From assembly GCA_044226015.1 (NCBI GenBank), contig JBGAHS010000004.1, forward strand, positions 640,001-704,000: 64,000 nucleotides of DNA, read 5' to 3'. This DNA comes from Candidatus Obscuribacteraceae bacterium. GTDB taxonomy: Bacteria; Cyanobacteriota; Vampirovibrionia; Obscuribacterales; Obscuribacteraceae. Shown here one piece after another: positions 19,128 to 29,143 of this stretch (position 1 is the stretch's first letter; the number at the start of each line of letters is the position of its first letter). The notes below the pieces were generated by a model, which worked only from the letters and a program-made list of their open reading frames with translations, did not search any database and was not told the DNA's origin. Made by a program: the position numbers and the translations under genes.

Positions 19128-21056
19128 ATGATAGGTGAGCTAATAGCAGGAAAATTTAGGATTGTCGAGGACCTGGGTTCTGGGGGAATGGGTCGCGTAT
19201 ATAAAGCAGAACAGATTGATCTGAATCGAACCGTTGCAATCAAAATTCTGCATCCCGAAATAACTGATACCAATGCGATTCTGAAAGAAGCCAAAGTTCT
19301 TGCAGGACTAAGAGACAAGTACATTGTTGAGGTTTTCTCGGTAGGCGAATTATCTGATGGATCACTATATCTGGTTATGGAGTATGTTGAAGGAAAAACT
19401 CTAAGTCGCATTGTTTTTGAATCAGGGCATCTCCCTGAAAGTAGGGTGGTAAATATAGGTTTGCAAATTTGCCAGGCTATTCGAACCTTGCACTCGCAGA
19501 AAATAATTCATCGTGATCTCAAATCAGCAAACGTAATCTTAAGGCAGGCAGCAGATGAAGAGCTAGTCAAAGTTCTGGATTTCGGTCTTTCAAAAAAATT
19601 CAAATCTGAACATCAACATAAGACTTCGACAGAAACAAAAACTGGGATGTTAATTGGTACTGTTGATTACATGTCGCCGGAGGTTTGCTCTGGACAGAAA
19701 GCAACTGAAGCTTCTGACATATATGCTCTGGGCTGCATCTTGTTTGAGTGTTTGACTGGTAGACTCCCTTTTGTTTGTGACAATTGGGTTGGTTTAATAT
19801 ACAAGCACCAGCACGAGCAAGCCCCGAAGCCCTCGACGCTACAAGCTGGGATAAGTTCAATTATTGATACCACTGTTTTGAAATGCCTGGCAAAAAATCC
19901 GTCAGATCGATTTAGCGTTTCTGAATTGCAGGAACATCTTCAAAGAATTCAATGCGGAGCTGCAACTGAGGTTTTGGTGTCAGGCTCAAAAGGACAACGT
20001 GTATGGATTAAAACTGTAGCTAGTATAGTGGTTTTTGGATTGATATTTTGCGTTGTTGCCAATATTGCACATCTTCGTGAATCTAGAAATCAGAATTTAT
20101 CAAAAGATTTAGTGATGCTAGATTCTCCAAGTAGAGGATTAAAGGCTCGGCGAAAATCTCTTGATACAGCTTCAGCTGGAACATGTTTTGAAACACTGAA
20201 ATCGCTGAGTTCGGAAGACCCTCAGCCTGTAGAGGAGATGATTTCTATATGTTCTCGGCTTGAAAAAATTGCAGTTAAACATGAAGATCTTTTTGTTGCA
20301 TACCAGATGCATGGAAAACTACTCAACAATCGTGATGAAGTTGTTGCGTGCTTTGAAAATGCACTTCACCATGCCTTGTTAAGTGCAGATGGGCAATACA
20401 CTATTGAATCTATGTTTCCTCTATACGGATTGTTTTCCTACTACCACCAAAACAAAAAAGATGCGCAGCAGGAAGAACTCGGCGAGAAATTGGTTCGTCT
20501 TGCGGACAAACAGAAAGTGCTTGCCTTGCCATCTTTGAACTGCAATTTTAATATCAGCTTGCTTGCTTTTGGAAATGATATTGGAGCATTGACAGAGGAA
20601 TCTCTTTCCGATTATTACTACAGGAAGGGCAATCTGAAAAAGTGTATTTTGTACGGTGAGCGAGCCATCGCGGATTTCATTGATGTTCCAGTCGACGCTT
20701 ACATCCTGGTTAGCAAAGCTTATTCGGCAACGTCTAGAAAAGCGCTTGCCATTAAAACTATGGAAAGCCTAGAGAAGCGGCTGGCAGAGGTGGAAATTGA
20801 TGTGACAATGTCGATTAAAGGTAAAAAGAAAAGTTATACCGGGCTTTTGAATGCTTCAGGTGGAAGTAAGCTTGTTCGGGATTATTTTGCACTGGCGGAG
20901 TATCAGAACTCTGCAGGAAAGAAATCAGAAGCCATAAAGACATACAAGAAGATCCTTGAAGTAGCACCTCAATTTTGGTCGTCGCGATATTATGCAAATG
21001 AGGATATTGTGAAAATCCTGAACAATAGCTGGTTGCATCTTGCGGAATTGATTTGA
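19128..21056 (+). CDS. Hanks-type Ser/Thr protein kinase with TM helix and TPR-like C-terminal region
   Basis: GSGGMG, VAIK, HRDLKSAN, DFG, YMSPE; TM segment VASIVVFGLIFCVVANIA. Confidence 0.92.
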   Translation: MIGELIAGKFRIVEDLGSGGMGRVYKAEQIDLNRTVAIKILHPEITDTNAILKEAKVLAGLRDKYIVEVFSVGELSDGSLYLVMEYVEGKTLSRIVFESGHLPESRVVNIGLQICQAIRTLHSQKIIHRDLKSANVILRQAADEELVKVLDFGLSKKFKSEHQHKTSTETKTGMLIGTVDYMSPEVCSGQKATEASDIYALGCILFECLTGRLPFVCDNWVGLIYKHQHEQAPKPSTLQAGISSIIDTTVLKCLAKNPSDRFSVSELQEHLQRIQCGAATEVLVSGSKGQRVWIKTVASIVVFGLIFCVVANIAHLRESRNQNLSKDLVMLDSPSRGLKARRKSLDTASAGTCFETLKSLSSEDPQPVEEMISICSRLEKIAVKHEDLFVAYQMHGKLLNNRDEVVACFENALHHALLSADGQYTIESMFPLYGLFSYYHQNKKDAQQEELGEKLVRLADKQKVLALPSLNCNFNISLLAFGNDIGALTEESLSDYYYRKGNLKKCILYGERAIADFIDVPVDAYILVSKAYSATSRKALAIKTMESLEKRLAEVEIDVTMSIKGKKKSYTGLLNASGGSKLVRDYFALAEYQNSAGKKSEAIKTYKKILEVAPQFWSSRYYANEDIVKILNNSWLHLAELI

Positions 21057-21152
21057 ACTTGCGGAATTGATTTGAACTTACGGAATTGATTTGAACTTAC
21101 GGAATTGATTTGAACCTGCGGAATTGATCTGAGCGTGCGGAATTGATTTGAG
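21039..21152. repeat. 6 x 19-bp tandem repeat CTTGCGGAATTGATTTGAA starting inside the kinase and including its stop codon
   Basis: Units at 21039, 21058, 21077, 21096, 21115 and 21134. Confidence 0.92.
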
Positions 21153-21244
21153 CTTGCTTAGCAGAGTTGATGTACTCGCACAAGTGGTGGGATCTCTAGC
21201 AAATCACTTTTTGTGGAGGATTTTTTTTTTTTTGATTTTGTAAC

Positions 21245-21282
21245 TTCACGCTGAGTTCACGTTGTTTTCACTCCTGATTCAC
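21245..21282 (+). promoter_or_regulatory. Four TTCAC direct repeats at exact 11-bp spacing (candidate OmpR/PhoB-family operator)
   Basis: TTCAC at 21245, 21256, 21267 and 21278, upstream of the 21327 gene. Confidence 0.6.
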
Positions 21283-21326
21283 ATAAGTTTTCTAGATTGA
21301 TTGTATGAGGAAATGGGTGTGCAAAA

Positions 21327-21653
21327 GTGCAGTTCTATAGCGGAAATTCTGATGATTTCATTCTCACCGAACTACTTCAAAAAGCTATGAAGGAATTGTC
21401 GGAGAGAGATTTTCTTGGCGCAAGAGAGACCTTTGCGGAGATCTGTACTCGTTATCCAGATAATTGGAATGCAAGATATTTTTACTCCATGACTTTGTGT
21501 TCGATTGGAGACTTCACCGAAGCCTATGAGCAACTTTCATGGATCTCCCTGAATGCTTCCGAATCCATATGGTTAACCGTGGCGAAAAATGGCAAGTTGC
21601 TCATTGAACAAAAGGAACGTGACATCAGGAAGGCACTCACAGCGCTGATATAA
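21327..21653 (+). CDS. Small TPR-like protein
   Basis: 108 aa with a TPR pattern (DFLGARETFAEICTRYPDNWNARYFYSMTL...GDFTEAYEQL). Confidence 0.7.
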   Translation: MQFYSGNSDDFILTELLQKAMKELSERDFLGARETFAEICTRYPDNWNARYFYSMTLCSIGDFTEAYEQLSWISLNASESIWLTVAKNGKLLIEQKERDIRKALTALI

Positions 21654-21791
21654 GTTTGGGGGACACGCGCAAAGAATAGAGAACGGATGGCTCAAATCCG
21701 TTCTCTATTCTGCTTTCTGCTTATCCGGTACAAGGGATGAATCGTGCCCTCCGTGGGGTATACTTCTTTTGAGAGATGATAGCCTGTCGTA

Positions 21792-23555
21792 ATGAAGAGA
21801 AAGCTGCAGACATTTTTAATTTCGGCTCTTCTCAGCAGCCCCACAGCAATGGCTGAACGTGGCTTGGTAGTTTTTGCGGATACGAAGGACCTAGCTGGCG
21901 CAAAGGCAAAAGGTTCGATACTGGCGGATGCACTAGCTGCGGAAATAGCTGCGGAAATAGCTGCGGAGTCCGGGCTGAACTCAGATCGCACGACAGCACG
22001 ATTCGTCGTTTATGAGCCGCACTCGGAGGCAGGTGCTATCTTTCGCGGGACTGAAGCGAACTTTATCAATCAGGGTGCAGTTGAAGCGAGCGCGGGAGCG
22101 AGTCCCTTGAGCTCCAAAAAGGATGTAGTTAATCCAGATGTTACCATCTCTGGTCATCGGGTAAAGCCAGCTGTGATCTCTGCCAATCAAGAAAAGGATA
22201 CGGCAAATCCCGCGGCAAATCCCGCGGCAAATCCCGCGGCAAATCCCGCGGCAAATCCCGCGGCAAATCCCGCGGCAAATCCCGCGGCAAATCCCGCGGC
22301 AAATCCCGCGGCAAATCCCGCGGCAAATCCCGCGGCAAATCCCGCGGCAAATCCCGCAGCAAATCCCGCGGCAAATCCCGCGGCAAATCCAGCAGCAAAT
22401 CCTGCAGCAAATCCCATTACAAATTCCACCACCGATTCGAATACTGCTGGAGTCTCCGGTTCCAGTCCCGTGATTCCTGTGGAACCCAGCGCATCGCTCT
22501 CGGACTCTGTAGCAGACAGCCTCAGCTCGCTGGAAAATACATTATTTGGCAGAACTTTTAATTCTGACAAGGCTAGTGACAGGCTAGTCAGAGTTGAGCG
22601 GTTTGTGTTCGGTGAAGAGGCGAAGGGCGAGCCAGGCGTGCGATTGCAAAAGCTATTCGCTGCCTTGAGTAAAAAGAATCAAAATGGAGATGCATCAAAG
22701 GAAACTATTTCTGCCTCGCACTCCAAACCTCGTGGAGTTCTAGCCACCATAAATGATGGCATAGATAATTACAATCGCCACCGATTTCATAACGCCGAAG
22801 ATGATTTCAATGATGCTCTGGATATGGCACCAGGGATGCCGAGAATTTACGTCTATTTGGGCGTAACGCTTTTGCAAATAAATCAACGTCAGTCCGCCAT
22901 AGATGCCTTACGTACAGCTTATGAATTGGACCCTTTTGGAACCTATGGTCGCTACGCTAAACATTGTCTTATCGTTCTCATGGGCGATGAGGAAGTTCGA
23001 AAACGTGGTCCAAAAGACAATTTGAAAACGGTAAAGAACACTATAGATTCGTTGAACAAGCGGGCTGGTGATGAAGCGACCAGGCAGGGACGATTTGCAC
23101 AAATAATGGCTCAGGCAAAGCAAGCGTCGGCAAATGGTTTTGCCAGCAGTCTAAGTCAGAATTCTGATACATACAGCAGCGAAATAGCTTTGAGGCAAAG
23201 TTTTGTGAGAATGGATGCCATGGTTCAAATGGCGAGGGTGCGTCAGGAAGCGGCTCAACGAGCTGCTAATACGCGTGAGGCTGCTAACAATTTGAAGACG
23301 CAGATCTCGGCGAAGCTGATGCCTGGTGATGCGAAATTGCGCGCTTTTGGGACTACCTTGCACGCCAGATATTATGGAGACGAAACATATAACCTGGCTC
23401 CATGGTATATTCCTCGGGAGATGCCACTTCAGCTCAAGGCTCAGGCTGTTTTGCTACCTACTTTTTCTGCGAAGAGCAAATCAAAGAAACTAAGATCTGC
23501 CACTGTCAAACGAAATTCGAGCATAACAAAATCAAAAAAGTACAGGAGACGTTAG
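21792..23555 (+). CDS. Secreted TPR-containing protein with ANPA linker repeat
   Basis: Signal-peptide-like N-terminus; TPR region ([26 protein letters not shown]...AYELDP); 18 ANP(A) units. Confidence 0.8.
   Translation: MKRKLQTFLISALLSSPTAMAERGLVVFADTKDLAGAKAKGSILADALAAEIAAEIAAESGLNSDRTTARFVVYEPHSEAGAIFRGTEANFINQGAVEASAGASPLSSKKDVVNPDVTISGHRVKPAVISANQEKDTANPAANPAANPAANPAANPAANPAANPAANPAANPAANPAANPAANPAANPAANPAANPAANPAANPAANPITNSTTDSNTAGVSGSSPVIPVEPSASLSDSVADSLSSLENTLFGRTFNSDKASDRLVRVERFVFGEEAKGEPGVRLQKLFAALSKKNQNGDASKETISASHSKPRGVLATINDGIDNYNRHRFHNAEDDFNDALDMAPGMPRIYVYLGVTLLQINQRQSAIDALRTAYELDPFGTYGRYAKHCLIVLMGDEEVRKRGPKDNLKTVKNTIDSLNKRAGDEATRQGRFAQIMAQAKQASANGFASSLSQNSDTYSSEIALRQSFVRMDAMVQMARVRQEAAQRAANTREAANNLKTQISAKLMPGDAKLRAFGTTLHARYYGDETYNLAPWYIPREMPLQLKAQAVLLPTFSAKSKSKKLRSATVKRNSSITKSKKYRRR
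22203..22415 (+). repeat. In-frame 12-bp repeat GCAAATCCCGCG x18
   Basis: Directly visible; encodes (ANPA)n. Confidence 0.95.
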
Positions 23556-23556
23556 T

Positions 23557-24345
23557 GTGAATAGAAATTTGCTAATAGCATCTGTTATTTTGATTAACCC
23601 TGTTTTGGCGTCTTTTTCCGCGCCTGAACGGACTGTAGACAACGATCCTGTGCGGATTCAGCAAGCCAAGGATCTTATTGATTCCAATCAAAAAATAGTT
23701 TCAAATGCGGATCATTATTTGGCGCAAGCAGAAAAGACAATTGCAGAAACGAAGAAACTCCAGGGAGAGGCGCGCCGGTATAGGAAGAATCTAAATATTC
23801 AAGCTCCGCTTCTTAGGGGGCAAGCTCTGAGTGATGCGAAAAAGCAATATAAAATAGATCTCTCTCAGTTCTCCGATCATGTTCGCAAGTATAATCTTCA
23901 TACATTGGATGTTCGAAAGAGTTATGGACAGTGCCAGGCCAGCAAGGCTGCCTACGAGAAAATGAAGAAGGATCTGTCTTTGCACTGTGATCAATTTCAT
24001 ATGAAGGATGTTGAACCGCCGCACATCTGCTTAGATATCGATAGTTCAGTAGTGGAAGCGTTAAGCGCTCAGAACAAGGTTCAGCAGCAAGCAATGCGGG
24101 TCGCACAGGCGCAAATGGATCTTGATAAAGAGGAAGCTCGACTACAGAAATCAATTAAGGAAACTGGAATAATAGATGCTGAGCTTATGACTAACTCCGC
24201 AATGGCATTGAAAGAGCAAGAACTTGCTTCTGAATTCGGAAGGCTTAAAGAAGAACACAGGCAATTAGATGTTGAGCGTAGAGCTTTGTCGCGAAGTGGT
24301 GTTAGATTCGGTGTTCCTTCGGTGAAGGCTAAGGTTCGCAAGTAG
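23557..24345 (+). CDS. Secreted coiled-coil hypothetical protein
   Basis: Signal-peptide-like start, helical heptads, central Cys/His cluster; starts 1 nt after the upstream stop codon. Confidence 0.75.
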   Translation: MNRNLLIASVILINPVLASFSAPERTVDNDPVRIQQAKDLIDSNQKIVSNADHYLAQAEKTIAETKKLQGEARRYRKNLNIQAPLLRGQALSDAKKQYKIDLSQFSDHVRKYNLHTLDVRKSYGQCQASKAAYEKMKKDLSLHCDQFHMKDVEPPHICLDIDSSVVEALSAQNKVQQQAMRVAQAQMDLDKEEARLQKSIKETGIIDAELMTNSAMALKEQELASEFGRLKEEHRQLDVERRALSRSGVRFGVPSVKAKVRK

Positions 24346-24519
24346 TCCGAAGACGCGATGCGAGATTGAGCCGATGGCGCGATGCGCGAGTGTGGTCCGA
24401 TGACGCGATGCGAGATTGAGCCGAAGGCGCGATGCGCGAGTAAGTCCGATGGCGCGATGCGCGAGTAAGTCCGATGGCGCGATGCGCGAGTAAGTCCGAT
24501 GGCGCGATGCGCGAGTTGG
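24346..24519. repeat. 7 x 24-26 bp tandem repeat TCCGATGGCGCGATGCGCGAGTAAG
   Basis: Begins immediately after the stop codon at 24345. Confidence 0.9.
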
Positions 24520-24864
24520 CCGTTGTGTAGTGGACCGAGCAATTTGACATGTTCAAGCTATTGAACTAATGCTTTGGAAATTGTTGTGAAGGAGCGTTGC
24601 TGAGGATCTTTGATGATCGCTAAGCTACCAGAGCATTGAAGCCAAAAGACGGTATGCAGCTGTGACTATTATCACTGTTGGCATGACTTTGAGCATTCTG
24701 CGATCGCCTATTTTGAATGACCTCCGACGAATATCATTATAAGTGGAACTCTTCTAAGATAAAAACACAATTAGTAGCTCAAGCTTTCGACTCTCCCTTA
24801 TGCCCTTATGCCTAGTGAGGGACCGGCTTGCCGTGAGCAATCGAGATTTTATGGAGTTCTTATC

Positions 24865-27800
24865 ATGGATTCTAGTTCTACCGAAACACAAAATGGAAAT
24901 GGCAATGGATGCGGCAGCGGACCCGCTCCTCAGCCTTGTGCTTGTTGTTCTGCGCTTGCTCAACTCAGGATGCCGTGGTTAGATGTGGCTGTGCAACATG
25001 CTGCACCACACTATCCTCAAAATCCTAACCAACCATTTGCGCATCCTTATTCCAATGCATATCCGCCTCAAACTTCGCCTTACCACACCGCACAATCTTT
25101 TCAGCAACAGCCAGTATATGAAGAAGACGAGCCCAAAACCACTTTTTTCAAACTTCCTTTTCTAAGTGCAAAAACAAGCAAGAAAAGAAAGGACAAGCGT
25201 ACAAGACGCGTTTCTCGTAAAGAGTCTGGAGAAGTAGTAAACCTTGAGACACTCGGTGTGCAAGGCGGGGACTCTATACGTGAGGGGCACGAATCTCCTT
25301 GCGATCTCCCTTCTGAGGATGCTGACTCTCCGGATGATGCTTCTTGCAGTGAGGGACCTGATGATCCTGAAAGTGACTCCGAGAGTGCAAAGAAAAAGAC
25401 AAAAAAGCTACGCAAGTTTAACGTCAAGTTTGGGCTTCAAGGACTTGCTGTTGGGCTTCTTGGAATTATGTCGCCGGCTTTTCTCCTTGCTGCGACCATG
25501 TTGTCTACTCCAAAGCGGATTACACTTGTAACTCTTCATCATCCGGTCGAAACGATTCTGGAATTCTTGCTGGTTATTGCAATTCCGATTGTGAATTATC
25601 TCGTCTGGTCTGCAATTTGCAAGAACAGATTCAACCTTTCCCGATGGCTCATTATGGCTCTTGGCTCTTGCGTGGGCACCGGAGTACTGGTCGCTGGAAT
25701 CTGTTTTGCCGGGCTTTTTGGCTCACATGAGGACCTTGTTGACGCAATTGGGTCAGATTTCACAATGGGATTTGCATGGCTGGGTGCACTTTCGTTTCTG
25801 GCTGGATCCAGTTCTGCCTACCTTGTTCATCGCTTACGTCAGTATTGGGAGCTTCCCAGTGCACGTCTTAACGTGACGGTACAAGCCGCTACTGGATTGA
25901 TCCTTGCGATTCTGGCTTTTGCTGGGGCTGAATATCGCCCATGGTGTATTCGTATGGCACAATACAATGCGGTGTCGAAGGATGAAGTTACACGCAAAGA
26001 AGGTCTTAAGTGGCTTCGCCAGTTGAATCCGGAGAGAGAGATGCGCATGGAATGCTCGGATTCCAGAGCCGCCGGCTTAGCTGGCTTGTTTTTTCCAATA
26101 AAGTCTGTGCCGCAACAGCAGCTCTATTTCACTTTGACTGGAACGCCGTACAGCTTCCGTGACGAAAAAGCAACTGATCTGGCGTCGATGTCTGACGCTT
26201 ATCTGAGTCGGCACGTGGTGGGAGATCGCATTCCAAATCTAGAACTCGCTCGCTCCAGTTTGAACGGAGTAATGCACGCTAACACTCTGACTTCGACGCT
26301 AAACTGGACCTTTGTTGTACGAAACGGCACCTCGAGTGCGCAAGAAATGCGCGCTGAAATAGCTTTGCCGGTTGGGGCTGCTGTCACAGGCTTGAAGGTC
26401 TGGCGGCGAGGAGAGGCAGCTGATGCTTCAATAGTTTCTTCTGGAAAAAGTTTGAATACCGTTTCAAGCAATAGTGTGGATGGTTCGACTGAAGATGGCA
26501 ACTCCTCATCGAACTCCAGTGATGATAGCTCCGGTGAAGATGGCAACTCCTCATCGAACTCCAGTGATGATAGCTCCGGTGAAGATGGCAACTCGGGCGA
26601 ATCAAGTAGTAATTCTGTGCAGATTCAGCAAGGCACCCAGGCGCAGTATGTAACCGCCGGCAGTGACGTACCTGGAATGGTAACGGACCTTGGTCATGGT
26701 CGCGTCCTAGTTCATTGCTATCCTGTGCCTCATGACGAAGAACTCAAAGTGATGGTGACTATGGTTGTTCCGCTGAAGTCGGAAAACTCGGGTGAGGCTT
26801 CATTGATGACTCCTCAACTGTTAGCTTCGAACTTTGGTCTTGAAGGTGAACATAACCTGCGCTTGCGCTCAACAAGCAGGTTGATAAGCTCAGTAAATGG
26901 GCTGGAAATGAGTACGAATCCTAGCGGCGAGAGCATCATATCTGGTGTGCTCAGTAATCAGCAGATGGAGACTTCTCCTTTGCTAATAACTGCAAAGCGT
27001 GATCAGGCAAGTCGACCTTTTGCTGTCCTTGATAAAATTGCAACCTTTCATCATACACAAGAACTAAAACAAAAGGAGAAGATTCGCGTACAAAAAGCAA
27101 TTGCCGCTGAAAAGGCACGTGTTGCAGCAATTAATGCCAGAGATGCCGAAGAAGTAGGGCAGGTTGTGTTGATGATCGATGGCTCAAAAGGCGTCGATTT
27201 TAACAAAATCGTGAAAAAGCAAAAGCATGTTGAAAAAGCCAAAGTAATCAAGCCGAAGGCTATTCCTGTCGAGCCGCAATATGTGGTGGAAGACATAAAG
27301 AAGATGGGTGCACCAGCACCCAAGCATCTCGTAATTGTTCTGGATGGATCCAGTGGAATGAATGAGCATCGCCAAGAAATTGCTGATGCATTGACGACTC
27401 TCCCCAAGTCGATTCCGACATCTTTAATCGTTGCAAGCCAGGAGAGTGATAAGCACATTAATATCCAGGACCTCCAGAACGCAATGCCGAATCTTTCTTC
27501 TAAGGTTGGCTTTGTTGGAGGTCAAGACAATCTGCAAGCCGTAGTTCGCGCTGCGGAATTGGCAAGTGAAACTAAGGACTCTGCTGTTCTCTGGATTCAT
27601 GGACCTCAACCTACCCTGAATGGCGAGACTTATATAATCAATTCCTATAGTTCGCCTCCGGCGTTTTATGAACTACCTGTGGTGGCAGGAACTGATACAT
27701 TCGAATTTTTCCGGAATCATGCAGAAATCGGACCTTTTACGCAGGTTCCGCGCAATGGCAAGTCGGTTCAAAACGACCTAGAAACTTTCTTCACCAGATG

Positions 27801-28521
27801 GAATCCAAACAACAATAGCCTCGCTGCGACGCTCAGTGAAACGGCGAAGGTTCCTTCAGATGCAGTAGCGCCTAGCCGAGAAGAAGCAAGAGAAATGCTC
27901 ACTTTAAGAGCCGTTGAAGAATGCAATAAACTGATTTCCACGCGTTACTTCCGCAGAGCTACCCGTCTTGCACTGGAGTATGGATTTGTATCATCGGTGA
28001 GTTGTGCCATTCTGGATAACAACACGAGCAAAATCGAAGACGCTGACAACGTTAAGAAAGGCGATGAAAACGATGAGGCGGCCCCGAAATCCACGACTAT
28101 CAGCGCTGAAACGAAGAAAACCGCAGACTCATTCGATGTGGCGGGTCAGGTCGGATCGGTAGCGATGGCACCAATTCTGCAAGGCGCTACAAACGGAACT
28201 GTAGGACCACAGGGGTCAGACGCAACTGTCATCATGGGAGTCAATACGGCTGGTACTGTTCGTGTTAATAACCTTGCTAATCTTGAAGCATTGTTAAACA
28301 TAATCGCCAATCTTGGTGAACTCGGTGCCGTCATTGCAGGTATAGGTCTGATGGCTCATGGCTTCATGAACAAGGATGTTGTGAGAATTGGCGAGGACAT
28401 AGAACTTGGCTCAGCCGGAAGGTTGTGCTTGGGGGCATTCCTCATCGCTTGTGGCTTGGCATTGCCTGGAATGCTGAACTGGTTCGTTGCCTCTGCTCGC
28501 GACGCCAACCTGTTCTCATAA
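24865..28521 (+). CDS. Large membrane protein with VIT and vWA-like domains and a C-terminal two-helix membrane segment
   Basis: Five N-terminal TM helices; VIT-like WTFVVRN...QEMRAEIALPVGAAVTGLKVW; LVIVLDGS MIDAS-like motif; two terminal hydrophobic helices; GGAG RBS before ATG 24865. Confidence 0.8.
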   Translation: MDSSSTETQNGNGNGCGSGPAPQPCACCSALAQLRMPWLDVAVQHAAPHYPQNPNQPFAHPYSNAYPPQTSPYHTAQSFQQQPVYEEDEPKTTFFKLPFLSAKTSKKRKDKRTRRVSRKESGEVVNLETLGVQGGDSIREGHESPCDLPSEDADSPDDASCSEGPDDPESDSESAKKKTKKLRKFNVKFGLQGLAVGLLGIMSPAFLLAATMLSTPKRITLVTLHHPVETILEFLLVIAIPIVNYLVWSAICKNRFNLSRWLIMALGSCVGTGVLVAGICFAGLFGSHEDLVDAIGSDFTMGFAWLGALSFLAGSSSAYLVHRLRQYWELPSARLNVTVQAATGLILAILAFAGAEYRPWCIRMAQYNAVSKDEVTRKEGLKWLRQLNPEREMRMECSDSRAAGLAGLFFPIKSVPQQQLYFTLTGTPYSFRDEKATDLASMSDAYLSRHVVGDRIPNLELARSSLNGVMHANTLTSTLNWTFVVRNGTSSAQEMRAEIALPVGAAVTGLKVWRRGEAADASIVSSGKSLNTVSSNSVDGSTEDGNSSSNSSDDSSGEDGNSSSNSSDDSSGEDGNSGESSSNSVQIQQGTQAQYVTAGSDVPGMVTDLGHGRVLVHCYPVPHDEELKVMVTMVVPLKSENSGEASLMTPQLLASNFGLEGEHNLRLRSTSRLISSVNGLEMSTNPSGESIISGVLSNQQMETSPLLITAKRDQASRPFAVLDKIATFHHTQELKQKEKIRVQKAIAAEKARVAAINARDAEEVGQVVLMIDGSKGVDFNKIVKKQKHVEKAKVIKPKAIPVEPQYVVEDIKKMGAPAPKHLVIVLDGSSGMNEHRQEIADALTTLPKSIPTSLIVASQESDKHINIQDLQNAMPNLSSKVGFVGGQDNLQAVVRAAELASETKDSAVLWIHGPQPTLNGETYIINSYSSPPAFYELPVVAGTDTFEFFRNHAEIGPFTQVPRNGKSVQNDLETFFTRWNPNNNSLAATLSETAKVPSDAVAPSREEAREMLTLRAVEECNKLISTRYFRRATRLALEYGFVSSVSCAILDNNTSKIEDADNVKKGDENDEAAPKSTTISAETKKTADSFDVAGQVGSVAMAPILQGATNGTVGPQGSDATVIMGVNTAGTVRVNNLANLEALLNIIANLGELGAVIAGIGLMAHGFMNKDVVRIGEDIELGSAGRLCLGAFLIACGLALPGMLNWFVASARDANLFS

Positions 28522-28592
28522 AGTTGATGATGAACCTTGCTTCTTCATTCATCGGCTGAATCGTAACTCTTCTGAGTTATTCATGCGGAAAG

Positions 28593-28619
28593 ACCCTGCT
28601 TCGGCAGGGTTTTTCTTTT
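28593..28619 (+). terminator. Rho-independent terminator
   Basis: ACCCTGC-TTCG-GCAGGGT followed by TTTTCTTTT. Confidence 0.85.
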
Positions 28620-28633
28620 CTGTTGGTGAAACT

Positions 28634-28968
28634 GGATGCGGAACTGAAACGGTACCGCTTGGGATGAGGAACTGAAACTGTACCGCTTGGGATGAGGAAC
28701 TGAAACTGTATCGCTTGGGATGAGGAACTGAAACTGTACCGCTTGGGATGCGGGACTGAAACGGTACCGCTTGGGATGCGGAACTGAAACGGTACCGCTT
28801 GGGATGAGGAACTGAAACTGTACCGCTTGGGATGAGGAACTGAAACTGTACCGCTTGGGATGAGGAACTGAAACTGTATCGCTTGGGATGAGGAACTGAA
28901 ACGGTACCGCTTGGGATGCGGGACTGAAACGGTACCGCTTGGGATGAGGAACTGAAACGGTACCGCTT
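28634..28968. repeat. Tandem array, 12 x 28-bp GGATGAGGAACTGAAACGGTACCGCTTG (CGGTACCG family)
   Basis: 28-bp period; variants CTGTACC and CTGTATC; lies just after the terminator. Confidence 0.96.
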
Positions 28969-29143
28969 CCCTTCTTGTATTTTTCTGCCCTATCAGTAGC
29001 TGCACTTCATTTGCTACTGGTTTTGTTTTTTTGCAGCCTTTAATGACAACCGTGTTCTATTTACATCGCAAATTTGGATGTACTACCTATGCCATGATTC
29101 TGTATATCTTCTTATCTGCTTCGACAACCAATTGATATAAAAG

